Below are positions 12,601 to 27,265 of a DNA stretch of 64,000 nucleotides, in pieces; the stretch's first letter is position 1; each line of letters begins with the position of its first letter. Source of the DNA: Chiloscyllium plagiosum (lineage: Eukaryota); assembly GCF_004010195.1 (NCBI RefSeq), contig NC_057719.1, forward strand, positions 37,630,547 to 37,694,546, read 5' to 3'. The notes beneath the pieces are model-generated. The model saw only the letters and a list, made by a program, of their open reading frames with translations. It was not told where the DNA came from and searched no databases. A program made the position numbers and the translations under genes.

Positions 12601-13459
12601 ACAAATAGCAGAGCAAAGCCAAGGCTGAAACTAGTAAAATGAGAATATTAAATAGCATTGTACAGTACTGCACAGCTGGTGTGCAAGCATAAAAAGGTCT
12701 TTATCAAGATGTATACAAGATTCTCAGGCAGCTGCCATGGTGCTTTCATCATGTGGCCACTCAACTTCCATAATGTTTTCATATTGACTGAAATCTAGCT
12801 TACTGGTTTACTGATTGGAGTCAAGGCATCCTCACATACAACATCACTGTGAGTAGCCAAAGCAGGGGGACTTTGGACTGATACCATGAATGCGTATGAC
12901 AATCAGATGTGTCCCTTGCAAACTGAAGCCTGGAGCCTGGACAGACCTGAAGCATTCTTCAGTATGTCAGCGACTCCAGAAAAGTGTGCTGTACTATGCA
13001 CATGAATACACATCAGTAACATTCAGACCAGCAGGAAGAACAACACTGAGAATAGACACTGTTCAGAAAACTCCCAGGATGAAAATACTAGATTCAACGA
13101 AACGTGGCCAAGTCATTCACAACGGCACACATCATTGCCCAGGATATGGGATGTTCTCGTTGAGAGATACACATACTCCACCCATCGGAGAGCCAAAATT
13201 AACTTCATGAACACCTCATTGCTCAGCATCAATCCTTGTCTTACCATTTATGCTGAGTGAAAAGGCTGCTTTCCATCCAGCAATGAAAAATGGACAAAAT
13301 AAGAAAGAAATATTATTCCAATGGCATTCAATTCCTTGCATAAGTGTATGCCATAAGAGTATTAAGTGCATATCCTTGCACAAGGTTTCAATGTTCTTCT
13401 TCCCAGTACTTCCACATGAAACAAACCATGGTTTCAGTGAAGGACTAGGAGACTGTCCA

Positions 13460-13650
13460 GATACCAGAAACAAAAACAGCAATTGCTGAAGAAACTCAGC
13501 AGGTCTAGCAAGATTTGTGGGGAGAAACCAACTGATCTGTAGAAGGGTCACTGGACTCAAAATGTTAACTCTGATTTCTCTCCACAGATGCTGTCAGACC
13601 TGCTGAGGTTTTCCAGCAATTTCTGTTTTTGTTTCAAATTTCCAGCACAG
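13460..13650. mobile_element. Old inverted pair of PLE termini (family C)
   Basis: aaacagcaattgctgaagaaactcagcaggtct versus agacctgctgaggttttccagcaatttctgttt; degenerate hammerhead at ~13535-13570. Confidence 0.7.
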
Positions 13651-15105
13651 TTCTTTGTTTGATATTATGTACAGATTTCTGCTCCAGCTGCTGAGATGTT
13701 CTTGATTAAAATCCTTGGGTTTTGAGGGCATGAGGACTGCAGGGTCAGTTGATATGAGGATTGACCAATCAGATCAGTTTTGAGAAAGAAGTGTGACGAT
13801 GAATGGGGTGATATACTCGATACAAATTAGCAGTAACACATTCAGTCCCTCGAGCCTGTTTCGATGTTCAATAGGATCAGAGAATCTGCTCCTACTTTAC
13901 CTTGCATTAATTTTCATGTTTGTAATGATACCAATTAATATTGGAATTGGAATTGACTTAAGCAGATCATTATCCAGCCTGCTCAACCTAATTAGTCAGT
14001 AACCTGGAAATACTACTGAAATGTAAAGGATAATGTTTTTCAAAACACCAATAGATATGTTGTACTTCCAAGTTTCCCCTGAGCAACTGAACCACAAACT
14101 TCAAACACCGACGCACAACATTGATAGCTTCTAATCCAGTTTGTTGCTTCAAGAAATATTCAGTTAATTATAAAAATAGCAGTTCAGACTTGAGGACTAT
14201 CATGCAAGAATTGGACACAGAATTTCTAGAATTCACTGTGTAATCATCTTCAATTTGTAAGGAAAGAGCCTGGTGAAATGTTGCCACTCTACCAGAGAGT
14301 ATTTGCCAAGAGGATTAAATGAATATAACCTTCTTGAAGTTGTGGAGGGTGGAGGGGGTTGAGAAGTGGGCAGTGTTGGGTCAGTAATGGCTTCAAGATA
14401 TATTCATTATCTAAAATTAGAATGAAAGACAAAGCAGACTGAAGTGCAGTTATCTGAACATACAAACTAAGCTAAGCACAGATTGTTTTTACTGATCTGT
14501 GATGCTCTCTCAGTGTCAGACTAATTACTGATGTCCAAATATAATAGTGCAGACTTGGAGGACAATTAAGCTTTATTTGTTCATTTCAACCTTACACATT
14601 GTGGACAAGTGAGTTTGAGAGTATTCTGGCTTTCAAACCAACAGTTTTACCCCAATTTTAACTACAGCTGCAATTATATTGACTAACTGCTGTGTTTCCA
14701 ATGCTGAGAACTCGCATGACTGGTGGAACGTCTTTGGAAACTTGTAGGATTTTCTAAAGCCATTTGTTGGGAAAATTGATGTTTTATTGGATATTCCTGG
14801 CAGCCAATTTTAGAAAAATCTGGCAAATTTACTTTGGAGTTTAATCAGCTGCATTACATCCAAGACTCGGGAGTTGGAAACTTTAGTTTATTGCTCATGC
14901 AAATTTAAAGCATGTAAAGTATTGCTGTGGGTTCTACCCATAAAAATTTAAGTCAAAGTTAACTGTGCTAAATGTTTAATTTTGGAGTAAAGCTGGTACA
15001 AAATCTTGCCACAAACATTGTCAATTTGGTTTCAATAATCGAAAAAAATGTGATTGATATGAAGGGTGATCAGTCAGCATTTTGGCAACTCCATGTATAG
15101 TAGAG

Positions 15106-15296
15106 GAGAAAGTGAGGTCCGCAGATGCTGGAGATCAGAGCTGAAAATGTGTTGCTGGAAAAGCGCAGCAGGTCAGGCAGCATCCAGGGAACAGGAGAAT
15201 CGACGTTTCGGGCATAAGCCCTTCTTCAGGATTCCTGTTCCCTGTTCCCTGGATGCTGCCAGACCTGCTGCGCTTTTCCAGCAACACATTTTCAGC
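15106..15296. mobile_element. PLE family A inverted mini-insertion with 15-bp TSD
   Basis: Inverted arms; CCATGTATAGTAGAG at 15091-15105 and 15297-15311. Confidence 0.88.
15197..15234 (-). ncRNA. Minimal hammerhead motif (family A)
   Basis: gaatc-CTGAAGA-a-GGGC ttat GCCC-GAAA-cg-TC-gattc; palindromic ACGT stem III. Confidence 0.8.
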
Positions 15297-15304
15297 CCAT
15301 GTAT

Positions 15305-16235
15305 AGTAGAGTAGAGTAGCCTTTATTTGTCATTTCTACCATATACAACTAATACAGTAAAAATGAGACAGCGTTCCTCCAGGACAGAGGGTTCTACATG
15401 GGCAGCACAAACTTCACAATCGTACATGGCATAAAGTGCATAACAAGTGCAAAACGTGCAAGTTACAGTGTAATGGAAGAATGAAAAATAATAGACATTT
15501 TTCTAGCAGCAATTCAAAGTCATGCAAAGTATTTCAGATGGGAAAGAGTCCGATCATACTGTGTTAAGGAGCCTGATGGCTTGGGGAAAGAAACTGTTGC
15601 ACCGTCTGGCCGTGAGAGACCGAATGTTCTGATACCTTTTGCCAGATGGCAGGAGGGAGAAGAGTTTGAATGAGGGGTGTCTGGGTCTTCCACAATGCTC
15701 TTAGCCTTTCAGATGCAGCACATGTTGTAAATGTCTGTAATGGGGGGAAGGGAGACCCCGATGATCCTCTTAGAGTTGTCCTCACTATCTGTTGTAGGGT
15801 CTTATGATCCGAGATGGAGCAATTCCCGAATGAGGCAATGATGCAACAGCTCAGGGTACTCTCAACGAACCCTCTGTAGAATGTGTTGAGGATGGAGGGT
15901 GGGAGGTGGGCTTTCCTCAGCCTCCTCAGAAAGTAGAGACACTGCTGGGCTTTCTTGCCTGTGGAGCTGATGTTGAGGATCCAAGTGAGATTCTCCGCCA
16001 GGTGTATGCCAAAGAATTTGGTGCTCTTCACGATCTCCATGGAGTAGCCGTCAATGTCCAGTAGAGAGCCCTCCTGAAGTCAATAACCATCTCTTTCATC
16101 TTGTTCACGTTCAGAGACAGGTTGTTGGCTCTGCACCACTCCATTAGCTGCTGCACCTCCTTCTGTATGCTGACTCATCGCTCATGCTGATGAGACCCAC
16201 TACAGTCATATCATCAGCGAATTTGATAATGTGAT
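15305..16235 (-). mobile_element. Rex1/Babar-type LINE 3' fragment
   Basis: KFADD near 16215; KKAQQCLYFLRRLRKAHLPPSILNTFYRGFVES; AATAAA plus (CTCTA)n tail. Confidence 0.8.
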
Positions 16236-17304
16236 CATCGTCAAAGTGGGAAAAGACAAAGGAGAAGAGAGAGACCAACCATTGGCAAGAGCCCAGATTT
16301 TGCTGGAAACAGTTTGCAGTGTGACCAATTAGTTAAACTTTCTCAATTACCCTTCAACTCAAAAAAGCTTTGCTCTGTAGTGAGATGTGGGCACCACAGT
16401 ACCCAAGGCATCAGTACACAGCAGGACCAAGAATATCTTCTTAACTAGTAGGATTTAAGAATGGAGAAAGAAACATGGAACTGACAGAAAATATATGTGG
16501 CAAACTATGACCAAATTAAGTATAGACAAAGAAGGAATGGCAAAATAGGGAAAGAAAAACAGAATAAGTATTCAAAAGTATACATTTTAAAAGATTTGTA
16601 TAATCTCTAACAATAATTTACTACTGCAGGAATGAGATTCCAGTTACATTGTTCCTTTTCTGAATCAGAGAGATTGAATGATGCTATTAAATTATAAACC
16701 TCATAGTTAAATTGTTACTTGTGTTTTAAATTCAAATCTAATCATCTGTAGCAAGTTTAACTGGCTACAGTTAACTTAATGGGAAAATGCAAATATTTCT
16801 TGACATCCTTTGAGGAATTTTGAAGATGAGTTGCCATTTTCACGAAGATATGTTGGTGCAGCACAAACAATCAAAACATTTCAGTCATTTGCAATAGTCA
16901 TTTGCAATCTCTTCTTTGCCACAAATTGTTGAACAATTCGTGCATTGATAAAACCTTGCAAAGTAAACTTGTCATTATTTTGCAGCGAGGTATGAGCCAA
17001 TACCTTTCCTCCACCTCCAGCCCTGCTAAAGCCTTAGCTTGGCATCTTCCACATCCAAGGGCAGCCGGATCTGTCGGACACCTCCACCTACTTCACAAGC
17101 ACCTTCAGGTCAGAGAAACAAAATGTCTATGCTGCATGCTGTAGTGCTCCAGAAAACACCAAACAGTACAAATTTACAACAGTTGAATGGATCTCACTTT
17201 ATGAGGCGGATTGACTTTCTAAATGGGCATGGGATCCATTGGAAATCCACCCTTTTAATTAGGCATGGTGCCCTGGATGTATGTGAGCAGTTCACCATGA
17301 AATA

Positions 17305-17395
17305 TGTTAAAAATCACACAACACCAGGTTATGGTCCAACATATTTATTTGGAAACATTAGCTTTCGGAGCGCTTCTTCTTCATCAGGTGGTTGT
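17305..17395 (-). mobile_element. PLE family B terminal fragment with hammerhead core
   Basis: Matches 7358-7445; CTGATGA...GAAAGCTA on the minus strand at 17356-17390. Confidence 0.75.
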
Positions 17396-17759
17396 TGCAT
17401 TTTCAAATCATGACTACCATGAAATATCAGTGAGATCTAACCATCAAAATGATCCAGGCCTCCTCCTGTTCACAGGAGGCAGACAGCCCAATTGTCCACC
17501 CCATCATTCAGTGAAATTCTACCTTCAACTGAATCTCGATGGCTCAGTAGAAGGTTGTTAACTGTGTCAGTGCTTTAACTCTAATAAGCTTCTTTTGTGA
17601 AGAAAATATAGAAATACAGCCTCAGATTTACCGTAAAGATAACAATGAATTTAAAATATGTGAGATGACATGGTATGTAAAATCATTCAACAACTTGTGA
17701 CAAGGAAAGTGAATTGTAATTGGGTAACCCAATAAGTTACTGGATGATTTGTGTCCCTC

Positions 17760-18650
17760 CAAGTTCAGCAGGTAGTGGGGAAGGCAAATACAATGTTAGC
17801 CTTATTTCAAAGAGAATGGACTATAAAAATAGGGAAATCTTGCTAAAAATGTACAAGACGCTGATTAGACCACGCCAAATTGTGAACAGTTTCGGTTCCT
17901 TATTAAAGGAAAAATTTACTGGCATTGGAGACAGTCCACTGAAGGTTCATTAAGTTGATTCAGGATATTGAGGAATTTCCGATGAGGATATATTGACTTT
18001 GTTAGGCTCATACTCATTGGGGTTTAGAAGAATGAGAGCAGATCTTATTGAAATATTCAAAATCTTAATGGGTCTTGACAGGCAAGGTTCATTATTCATG
18101 GAATGTGGGCATTTCTGGCTAAGCCAGCATTTATTGCAAATCTCTTATTGCCCAGAGGGCAGTTAAGAGTCAAGCACACTGCTGTGGGTTTGGAGTCATG
18201 TATAGGCTAAACCAGGAAAGGATAGCAGTTTCCTTCCCTAAGGACATTAGTGAACCAGATTGTTTTTTTCCCAACAATCAACAATGGTTTCATAGTTCTC
18301 ATTGAACCCTTACTTCCAGATTCTTTTATTGAATTCAAATTCTACCATCTGCCATGGCAGGATTTGAACACAGCTCCCCAGAACACTTGCTGAGTTTCTG
18401 GATTAATAGTCTAGTGATAATACTGCTAAGCATTGCCTCGACCTTGGGGGAGAATCTAGGACCAAAGTGCATAATCTCAAATTAAGGGGTTCCCAATTTA
18501 AAACAGAGATAAAGACGAATTCTTCTCTCAGAGGGCTGTTGAGGCTAAGTTGTGAAGTATATTCAAGTTCATGAGAAACAGACTTCCAATTAGAGAAGGC
18601 ATTGGGGGTTATGAGGAAAAAGTAAGAAAGCAGTATAATGATATCTGCCA
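17760..18650 (+). mobile_element. Old CR1 3' fragment interrupted by a SINE
   Basis: ISKRMDYKNREILLKMYKTLIRP; resumes at ~18441. Confidence 0.7.
18088..18440 (-). mobile_element. tRNA-derived SINE with a LINE-shared 3' tail
   Basis: Minus-strand B-box-like GTTCAAATCC; tail AATAAATGCTGGC also seen on LINE ends (~27210); related copies at 21716-22070 and 37615-37740. Confidence 0.6.
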
Positions 18651-19499
18651 CACCTTCAGTGACCCTCTCACTTCATTGTAGTGAGTTGGTCAGTTATTGG
18701 ATGCAATGTACAGCAATGAGTAAGCACAAAACCCAAGCTATACATGCGTAATATCAGAACAATATAAATAATTTTAGACTTCTTGTGGCAAAGTGGTAGT
18801 GTTCCTACTTCTGAGCCAGGAGACCTAGATTCAAGTTCCACTTACTCCAGAGTTTTGTCATAATGTCTCTGAACAGATAGATTAGAAAAAAATCTATAAA
18901 TATTTTGCATTGTTGATAAACTTCAAGACATCTATCTCAACAAGAATTCAGCCTTTAAGTGCACTGACAAATAGGGCAGCACTCACACCATGGAATGCAC
19001 TGAAGAACAGCCAGATCAGACTTGAAATGTAGACTCTGTTTCTATCTTCAGAAGCGTTGTCAGACCTCTATGTTTTCCCAGAGTACAGTATTTTTCCTTT
19101 ATTCAAGACACACAGGTGTGAAGTCATGTCATCTTGACAATAGTCAGAGAAAACAATTGACCAATTCATTGATAGGTGTCAACATAAACAGGTAGAGATT
19201 GTAAGCTAATGTAACTGACTTTGTAACTGGATGGAACTATGTATTGCCTCTCCAATCAATATATTGCTATTTAATTCTTCAGAAAATTTCTCCTAGACAA
19301 ACCAAAAAAAATACATCAGCGATGTACTACTTGAGAAGGATGCGAGTTTCAAACAACTGTAGCTGCTCAGTGACATCTTCAAATGCTTGATGCTACATCT
19401 GTTAGACCAGTTAACAGATTCAGTAAATACATGTGGTCAATTTGATACATCACAGGATGCTGTCAGAAAAGTTAAAGCATTTAACTTCACCCAAGTGAT

Positions 19500-21700
19500 A
19501 ACCCAAAAGGAATGGACATTTTACACTAAATGCCAAGATTGACACTGGTAGAATGGCAAATATGGTCCCTTTACACATCTTATATTGAGGATGAGATATA
19601 TTTAGGATGTTTGGCACAATGTGGCACAGTCCACACGTGATAAAGCTTACAATGGTTCTAACAACCTCACATTGGTATATACTGTTTTTAGTGTTAATAA
19701 GGCTCCTTGATGTGGCTACTTAAAACCTTTCACCATTGTCGAAATGGATAGACCTGCTATCATTCGTCTATCAATAACAAATCTGTAAAAGAAAAATCAG
19801 AATAACAAGGTAACAAAGCATTTAATTGCAACACTAAAATTTCCAGATTGCAACACTGAGTCTATCCATGAGCTGATCAACATTTATTAGACAGTGTTGT
19901 TTCTATCAACAACTTTAAGGGTGATACAGTGTTACATCTGAAAGATGATGCCCACTCCAGCATTGGACCTATTCATAAGTGCAGCATGCACATTCAAGAA
20001 AAGTTTAGATTGAAATTGAATACCATGGTATAACATATCATCCAGATGCATCATATTCAAAAGATGACACTAGGAATATATGTTTTGATACAAAGTCAAT
20101 AAGTATTGCACTAAAGAGAAGCCCATTTTTGGTTCCTACCCCAAGTGAACTTAATCCCAAATTTCCCAGGACCAAACATTTTTCCAAGCATTGGACCATT
20201 GGTCCATACATCTTTTCCTGGAGTCATAGGAACTGGGAACATTTAGTACACCTTCTGGTAGATACTCTTTCCTGATTATTTGTCTTTTCTGTTAATCAGT
20301 TTATATTCCAAAAACATATGGATTCTCTTGTATGAGAAACTACAAGATTGTTTCTGAATTGAATGAAATTGCAATCCTTGGAGGGACTGAACATTAACAT
20401 GACACAAATTTCCATTAACTCATGACAAAGACAAGAAAATACGGTCTTGTTTTCAACAGTTAAAAAAAAGTGAAGTTGACATGAGCCAAGTCAACATCTT
20501 GAGTTTGAACTACTCATCAACTGGTATGAGACCTAATCCTACCAAAATGTTAGACATACAGTGGATGTATGACTTGATGTCTACACCACAAGGCAAAGGT
20601 GACTCTGGTTTTTGAACTTCTTATCCTTTTGCAATCTACATTTAGTAACCAAAGTCTCTCCTCTTCAAAAATCTTCTCCATAAAATTACCAACATATGGT
20701 AGGCAGATCACCAGCATATTTTTAAATCTCTCAAACGTGTTCTATTATCCAGTATGTGTGCTCTTTAATGATCCAAGACAGCTTACCACATTGGAAGTAG
20801 ATGCATCCAGAAAAGTGTCAGAACATGTTATTACAGGATGGCAAATTAATGTGTTTGATTCTAAGGTCCGTACAATAATTCAGGGTAACTTTATCTCATT
20901 GAGAGAAAAAGTTTTTATCCTAGTTTACACAATTCAACGATTTAAGATGTACCTTTTCACAAGTGTTTCATTGTTCAGACCAATTACAAACTGTAAGAAA
21001 TATCTATTAAATTACTCTCTTAGGTGCACTTCCATAACTCCAGTGATTACTTATGAAGATCCAAGGGTACAGTTTACAAAGTAAGTTCCTAAATGACTAT
21101 GACAGATGGTTTTAGTCAATTTCCTCACCCTATTAAGAACAAGATATTCCTCTAAACCTACAAATTTCCTCCCTATTGGTGTTGTGGGTCAACCCACAGT
21201 AGGTGGACTGCAGCAGTTCAAGAAGACGACTCACCACCAACTTCTCAAGTGCATATAGGGACATTAATAAATGAATTGTTAATCTGTGGATACTATTGAA
21301 TCTGTACTGCAGTAATCTCGTGCATTTTTGTCACAACCAGGTGGAGTAGTTCCAAAAGGGTATGCTAGATGATGACCAGCTACAATAACATGAAAATGGC
21401 ATCGCCTGTGCTGGCCCTGAAACAGATCCCTGAGTTCATACATACATTTAGCCATTGCAAGACAAATCATGACTCTCCAAGAATGTAATCTTCAAGGCAA
21501 ACAAGTGATAATTCAGCAAGCTCTTGGTCAAGACTCGGTAGACCATACATACAGGTCACATGGGTGCAGACAAAGCCATGAGATTGGTGCATGAATTCAT
21601 ACATAAATAAATGAGGACATCAATCAACTAATCAAATTGTGCAAAACATGTCAAGTGCATTCACCTTAACCAGTGGAAAAACTCTCATAAGACACAAGAC
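19500..21700 (+). mobile_element. Highly decayed Gypsy pol (protease-RT-RNaseH-integrase zinc finger)
   Basis: AKIDTG at ~19532; KYGLVFN at ~20437; TTLEVDAS at ~20785; HTGHMG..CKTCQ at ~21548-21655, in Gypsy domain order. Confidence 0.8.
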
Positions 21701-22519
21701 TCCTTCTGAACTATTGGGAGGTAATGACATTGTAATATTGTTGCTGGATTAGTGTTGCAGAGACTCTAATACACTGAGGAACCTGGTTTAAATCTCACCA
21801 TGGTAGAGGGCAACATTTGAATTCAAATAAATATGGAATTATTTATTTGTCTAATGATGATCATGTAAACCTTGTCAATTGCTCTAAAACCCATTTGATT
21901 TACTAATGCCCCTGAGGTAAGGAAAACTGCTTGCCTTTATGTGGTTGATTCATAATGACCATTTCAAATGGGCCTAGCAAGGCACTTTGTTGTATCAAAA
22001 TGCTAGAAAGTCTCAGAAAAAGGCAATGAAATGGGGTGGACAACCTGGTATCAACTGCATACTAGTGTAAATCTAGTGCTATTTAAGAATCAAACTACAC
22101 AGTTTACATGTCCTTAGCTTCATGCCACTGTCTAAGCCAGTGCTACTCTTTCCCCAGTGTGCAGTATAGCCCAACATCCCCTCATTGTTTGATGCAGAAC
22201 CATTACACACTTGAAAGTCTTTGAATGGTTGAAAAACAGCAACAGCCAGTGCAAACAATAAATAATGAGAAGTTACCTCTGGGAGCAGATAGAAACTGCT
22301 TGCATTTCAAGCAGCAAAAACATTGCAGTCAATGAGTAATGACTGCATCCAATTGTCATCTCTTGGAACAGTGACTCAGTTCCATCTTGGTTGGCTTTTT
22401 GCTCTTGACTCTACTGCATTCTATCATGCAAAAGGTGATCTTCCTCCTGCTCAATGTTCTCATCTTCCTCCTTGGAAGGCTGCTGCTACACTCCCAGCTC
22501 TTCAGAGTCCAGCATTTCA

Positions 22520-22800
22520 CCTCTCTGCCTGCTCCAGTTGTGCAGGGCACAACATGCTAGGCCCAATAGGCACAATAGGATTATGTGGCACACTATCTGG
22601 AGTGTACTGCAAAACAATCCTACACAAACACAAATACTGTACTCTCATCTTCAGTTGACCTATCATATGCTCAACAGTCCTAGTCGAAGAATGGTCTGTA
22701 TTGTATCTACACTTGGCCTCAGTCGGGGACTTGCACCATGGAGTCATCAGGCTTCATCACAGACACCACCCTTCTCTCCCATTAACAATCCTGTAAGATA
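22520..22800 (-). mobile_element. PIF/Harbinger (HARBI1-like) DDE transposase C-terminal remnant
   Basis: MTPWCKSPTEAKCRYNTDHSSTRTVEHMIGQLKMR..LQYTP, preceded by GEKG (GDKGY-like). Confidence 0.75.
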
Positions 22801-22981
22801 TCCATGTATGACAAATGGAACCTGGCCAATTACCTCCCCAGTCTACTGTCAATCATCAGGAAAGTGGTGGAAAGTGTCATTAACAGTGCTATCAAGCAGC
22901 ACCTGCTGAGCAATAATCTGCTCAGTGACATTTAGTTTAGGTTCCAAACTAGGGAGGGAATAATCCATTTGTTTTTCTGAG

Positions 22982-23103
22982 AAGGGCTTATGCCCGAAAC
23001 AACGATTCTCCTGCTCCTCGGATGCTGCCTGGCCTGCTGTGTTTTTCCAGCACGACATTTTTTAACTCTGGTACTCCAGCATCTGCAGTCCTCACTTTCT
23101 CCC
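22982..23103 (+). mobile_element. PLE family A mini-insertion with 12-bp TSD
   Basis: TGTTTTTCTGAG at 22970-22981 and 23104-23115. Confidence 0.85.
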
Positions 23104-23234
23104 TGTTTTTCTGAGTAACATCTCTTACATCAGCTGCCCTAATGTCAGAGAAATAAGCAGTTTATGTTTAGATCTGATGTATTAACATTTTCAGCAACAC
23201 ATTGTTTGCATGTTAATATTTCAGTTTCTGTTAT

Positions 23235-23685
23235 ATCGAATCCCTACAGCATGAAAGCAGGTCATTCGGCCATTGAGTACACATTGATCCCCCAAAGAGC
23301 ATCCTACCCAGAACTGCACTCCTATCTTTGTAACCCTGCATTTCCCATGACATATCCACCTAGCCTACACATCGCGGACACTATGGGCAATTTAGCATGG
23401 CCAATTCACCTAACTGTACATCTTTGGACTATGAGAGGAAACCAAGGCACCCACAGGAAACCCACACAAACATGGAAAGAATGTATTAAACCAACACAAA
23501 CAGTTGCCCAAGGCTGGAATCATACCCGGGTACCTGGTGCTGCGAGGCAACAATGCTAACCACTGAGCCACCATGACCCCTCCCCTAGGTTATAACTGTA
23601 CCTGAACCAACAACTTCAGCTGGAAACTCATGGCCCGAGGCTGGAATCAAACCTGGGTCCCTGGTGCTATGAGCCACCATGCCAG
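23235..23685 (-). mobile_element. Old HE1/V-SINE-related element with duplicated head
   Basis: tggctcagtggttagcattgttgcctcgcagcacc head and V-domain-like core. Confidence 0.7.
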
Positions 23686-25269
23686 TTGTAACTCTATTCC
23701 AGTCAGAGTGGATGACTCAAGCTGAATGCAAATCCTCTGGATTTATAATGATGCCACCCAGTCATGTGATTGGAAGCATTAAGTACCTCAAGGCAATATA
23801 TTGACAGGTTTTCAGTGCCATTTAAAATCAGCAATCATTTCAGGTCAACCACTTCTATTCCAATATGACATTCTCCTAGCTTCATTGAAGAATTTATACG
23901 CTAATCTAAATGGAGACAATAACTGCATACTGCTTGAGCAAAGTGGCTTATATGTTGCTTTAAATATATAGGAATTTAGAGTGTAAACAAATTATAAGTG
24001 GGCCTCCAGCAGTTTATTCCAGAATCCCTATGTTTGAGATATTTGGATTTTTACCTTGGTTTTTACTTTGGGACTATTTTCACCATTTCTGGCTGGGCTA
24101 CTAGATAGAATACATTTTGAATACTAAAGTTTCACAACACGGGACTGAAAACTAAGTGACACAGGCTCAGTCTTTTACAATATTACATTATTTTGTCAGA
24201 TGGTGCTCCTATGAAGTGCCTTGGGATGTTTTACCGAAATTAGAATGCATGATTTTTTTTTAATTTAAAAGGCATGATAGAAACACAAGTTGGCAACAAA
24301 AGCAGTTGACTGAAAGAGCTGAAGTCACATCACTTCACCTGCATGTTACAATTACCACATCTCAAACTTTTCATCCAGAACGCAGAGCTGCACACTTTGG
24401 GCCTGGGAACTGTTCCCTCTGATAGGTTAAAGAATATCTAAAGCAATATCTGTTCAGGCACCAGCAGGCATTTGTTCGTTGCATAGCCAAAAATAATTGG
24501 TATTTTGGTTAGTACATTTTCATTATTTTAACCTTCTGTAAATTAAAAAAAACTAGTTATTGAGAATAATGGCAAGAAAATGGGAGTATTTTATATTTAT
24601 TAGAAGGGTAAGCTAAACAACAAAATCATTGGTTTTGTATATCATTTGAGATCTTTAAAAGGTAATATCTGCCAGCTTTTGTTCATGTTTTTAATAACAT
24701 TGACATTTTTCTTTAGATTCTTTCTGGTTTGTGGTTTGACAGATGTTTGAAGTGGTCTGAGACACAGTTTGAAATGAAGCCCATCAAGACTGTCTCCATG
24801 GAAAGCAAAATGTTCTCAGTGCAGGGATCATTTCCATATTCCCTTGAATCAGACATTTTAAATAGGAACATACTTCATAATAAAAGAAACGTGCAAGGAC
24901 CCAAGTGCAGACACATTTTCTGAAAAATGTCCAAAGCATACATCATATACTCAGAGAGGAAACAGCACTAAACTAAACTGTCAAATGTTTTCCAGCACAA
25001 TATCAATGTCCATGACCAAGGTTAGAAATGTAAAAATATGAAGGTACTGATTCAAGTTGAGATCTGGTGCATAGTGTAAGTAAAATTATGCTGGTCTTTA
25101 TTTTGTAATCATAAAATAGAATATGAATCCTGCATGGCGGAAGGAGAGGCATTTCCAGCTATCGTAAAGATAAAAGATGTATCTTGGAGTAAGTTAACCA
25201 TATGGCTCAGCATTATCACTCTTGCTTCAGAGTTCCCAAGCTCTGCAGCCACTGCTGAGAGGTAGCACG

Positions 25270-27265
25270 AACGTGGTAGCGTCCTAAACCCAACCATTTT
25301 CAGCTGCTTCACCAATGACCTTTCTTCCATTGTAAAGTCAGAGTAGGGAAGTTCACTGATGATTACACAACGTTCAGCATCATTCAGGACTCCTCGATAC
25401 TGAAGCAGTTCAAGTCCAAATGCAAAAAGATCTAGATATTATCCATGCTTGGGATGATACGTGACAAGTTACATTTGTACCATACAAGTGCCAGGCACTG
25501 ACCATCTCCAACAAGAGAGATGTTTAATGATAATCATTATTATGAATTCTGCACTACAAACATCCTGGGGATTACTATTGACCAGAAACTAAACTGGACT
25601 TAGCTATATAAATACTGTGGTTATGAGAGCAGGTCAGAGGCTAGGAGTTATGTAGTGAGTAACTTACCTCCTGACTTCTCAAACTCCCCCACTTCCCCAG
25701 ATGAGTGAAGCTCCAAAAACTACACAAGAAGCTTGACACCATCCAAGATAAAGCAGCCCACTTGATTGGAACTATATCCAGGAGCATTCACTCCCTCCAC
25801 CACCCACACTGAGTAGCAGCTATGTACCATCTACAAGATACACTGCAGAACTTCACTAAGGTTTCTTAGACAGTGGGAATACATAGTCATAGAGATTTTC
25901 AGCACGGAAACAGACCCTTCGGTCCAACCCGTCCATGCCGACCAGATATCCCAACCCAGTTTAGTCCCACCTGGCAGCACCCAGCCCATATCCCTCTAAA
26001 CCCTTCCTTTTCATATCCCCATCCAGATGCCTTTTAAATATTGTAATTCTACTAGCCTCCACCACTTCCTCTGGCAGCTCATTCCATACACGTACCACCC
26101 TCTGCATGAAAACGTTGCCCCTTAGGTCTCTTTTATATCTTTCCCCTCTCACCCTAAACCTATGCCCTCTAGTTCTGGACTCCCCCACCCCAGGGAAAAG
26201 ACTTCATTTATTTATCCTATCCATGCCCCTCATGATTTTATGCACCTCTATAAGGCCACCCCTCAACCTCCAATGCTCCAGGGAAAACAGCCCAGCCTGT
26301 TCAGCCTCTCCCTATAGATCAAATCCTCCAACCCTGGCAACATCCTTGTAAATCTTTCCTGAACCCTATCAAGTTTAACAACATCTTTCCAATAGGAAGG
26401 AGACCAGAACTGCACACAATATTCCAACAGTGGCCTAACCAATGTCCTGTACAGCCGCAACATGACCTCCCAACTCCTGTACTCAATACTTTGACCAATA
26501 AAGGAAAGCATACCAAACGCCTTCTTCACTATCCTATCTACCTGCAACTCCAATTTCAAGGAGCTATTAACCCACACTCCTAGGTCTCTTTGTTCAGCAA
26601 CACTCTCTAGGACCTTACCATTAAGTGTATAAGTCCTGCTAAGATTTGCTTTCCCAAATGCAGCGCCTCGCATTTATCTGAATTAAACTCCATCTGCCAC
26701 TTCTCTGCCCATTGGCCCATCTGATCAAGATCCCATTGTAATCTGAGGTAACCTTCATCGCTATCCACCATACCTCCATTTTGGTGTCACCTGCAAACTT
26801 ACTAACCATACCTTTTATGCTCACATCCAAATCACTTATATAAATGACAAAAAGTAGAGGGCCCAGCACCAATCCTTGTGGCATTCCACTGGTCACAGAC
26901 CTCCAATCTGAAAAACAACCCTCCACCACCACCCTGTCTTCTACCTTTGAGCCAGTTCTGTATCCAAATGGCTAGATCTACCCTTGCTAACCAGTCTGCC
27001 ATGGAAAACCTTGTAGAACGCCTTACTGAATGACTTACATGTTCCTCTTCAAACCATTTATTATCCTTTCCTGGAAATGTATCGTTGCTTCTTCACTGCC
27101 ATTGGTTCAAAGTACTGGAACTTCCTCCCTCATGTGGGTGTCCCTCCAGCAAATGCAGTGATTCAAGAAGCAGATCACTATGATCATCTCAAAGGCAGCT
27201 AGAGATGGGCAATAAATACAGGCCCAGCCAGCAACGTCTACATTTTACGAATGAGTAAAAAAGAT
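25270..27265 (+). mobile_element. Old non-LTR LINE 3' part (25270-25875 and 27035-27265) split by a CR1
   Basis: VLNPTIFSCFTNDL and FTDD RT motifs; tail GATGGGCAATAAAT; related minus-strand copies at 32030-32540 and 44550-45210. Confidence 0.65.
25883..27030 (-). mobile_element. CR1 3' fragment
   Basis: [42 protein letters not shown]. Confidence 0.92.

Noticed and set aside
12720..13200. Possible RTE-like LINE remnant
   Set aside because: Similarity too weak to support by eye
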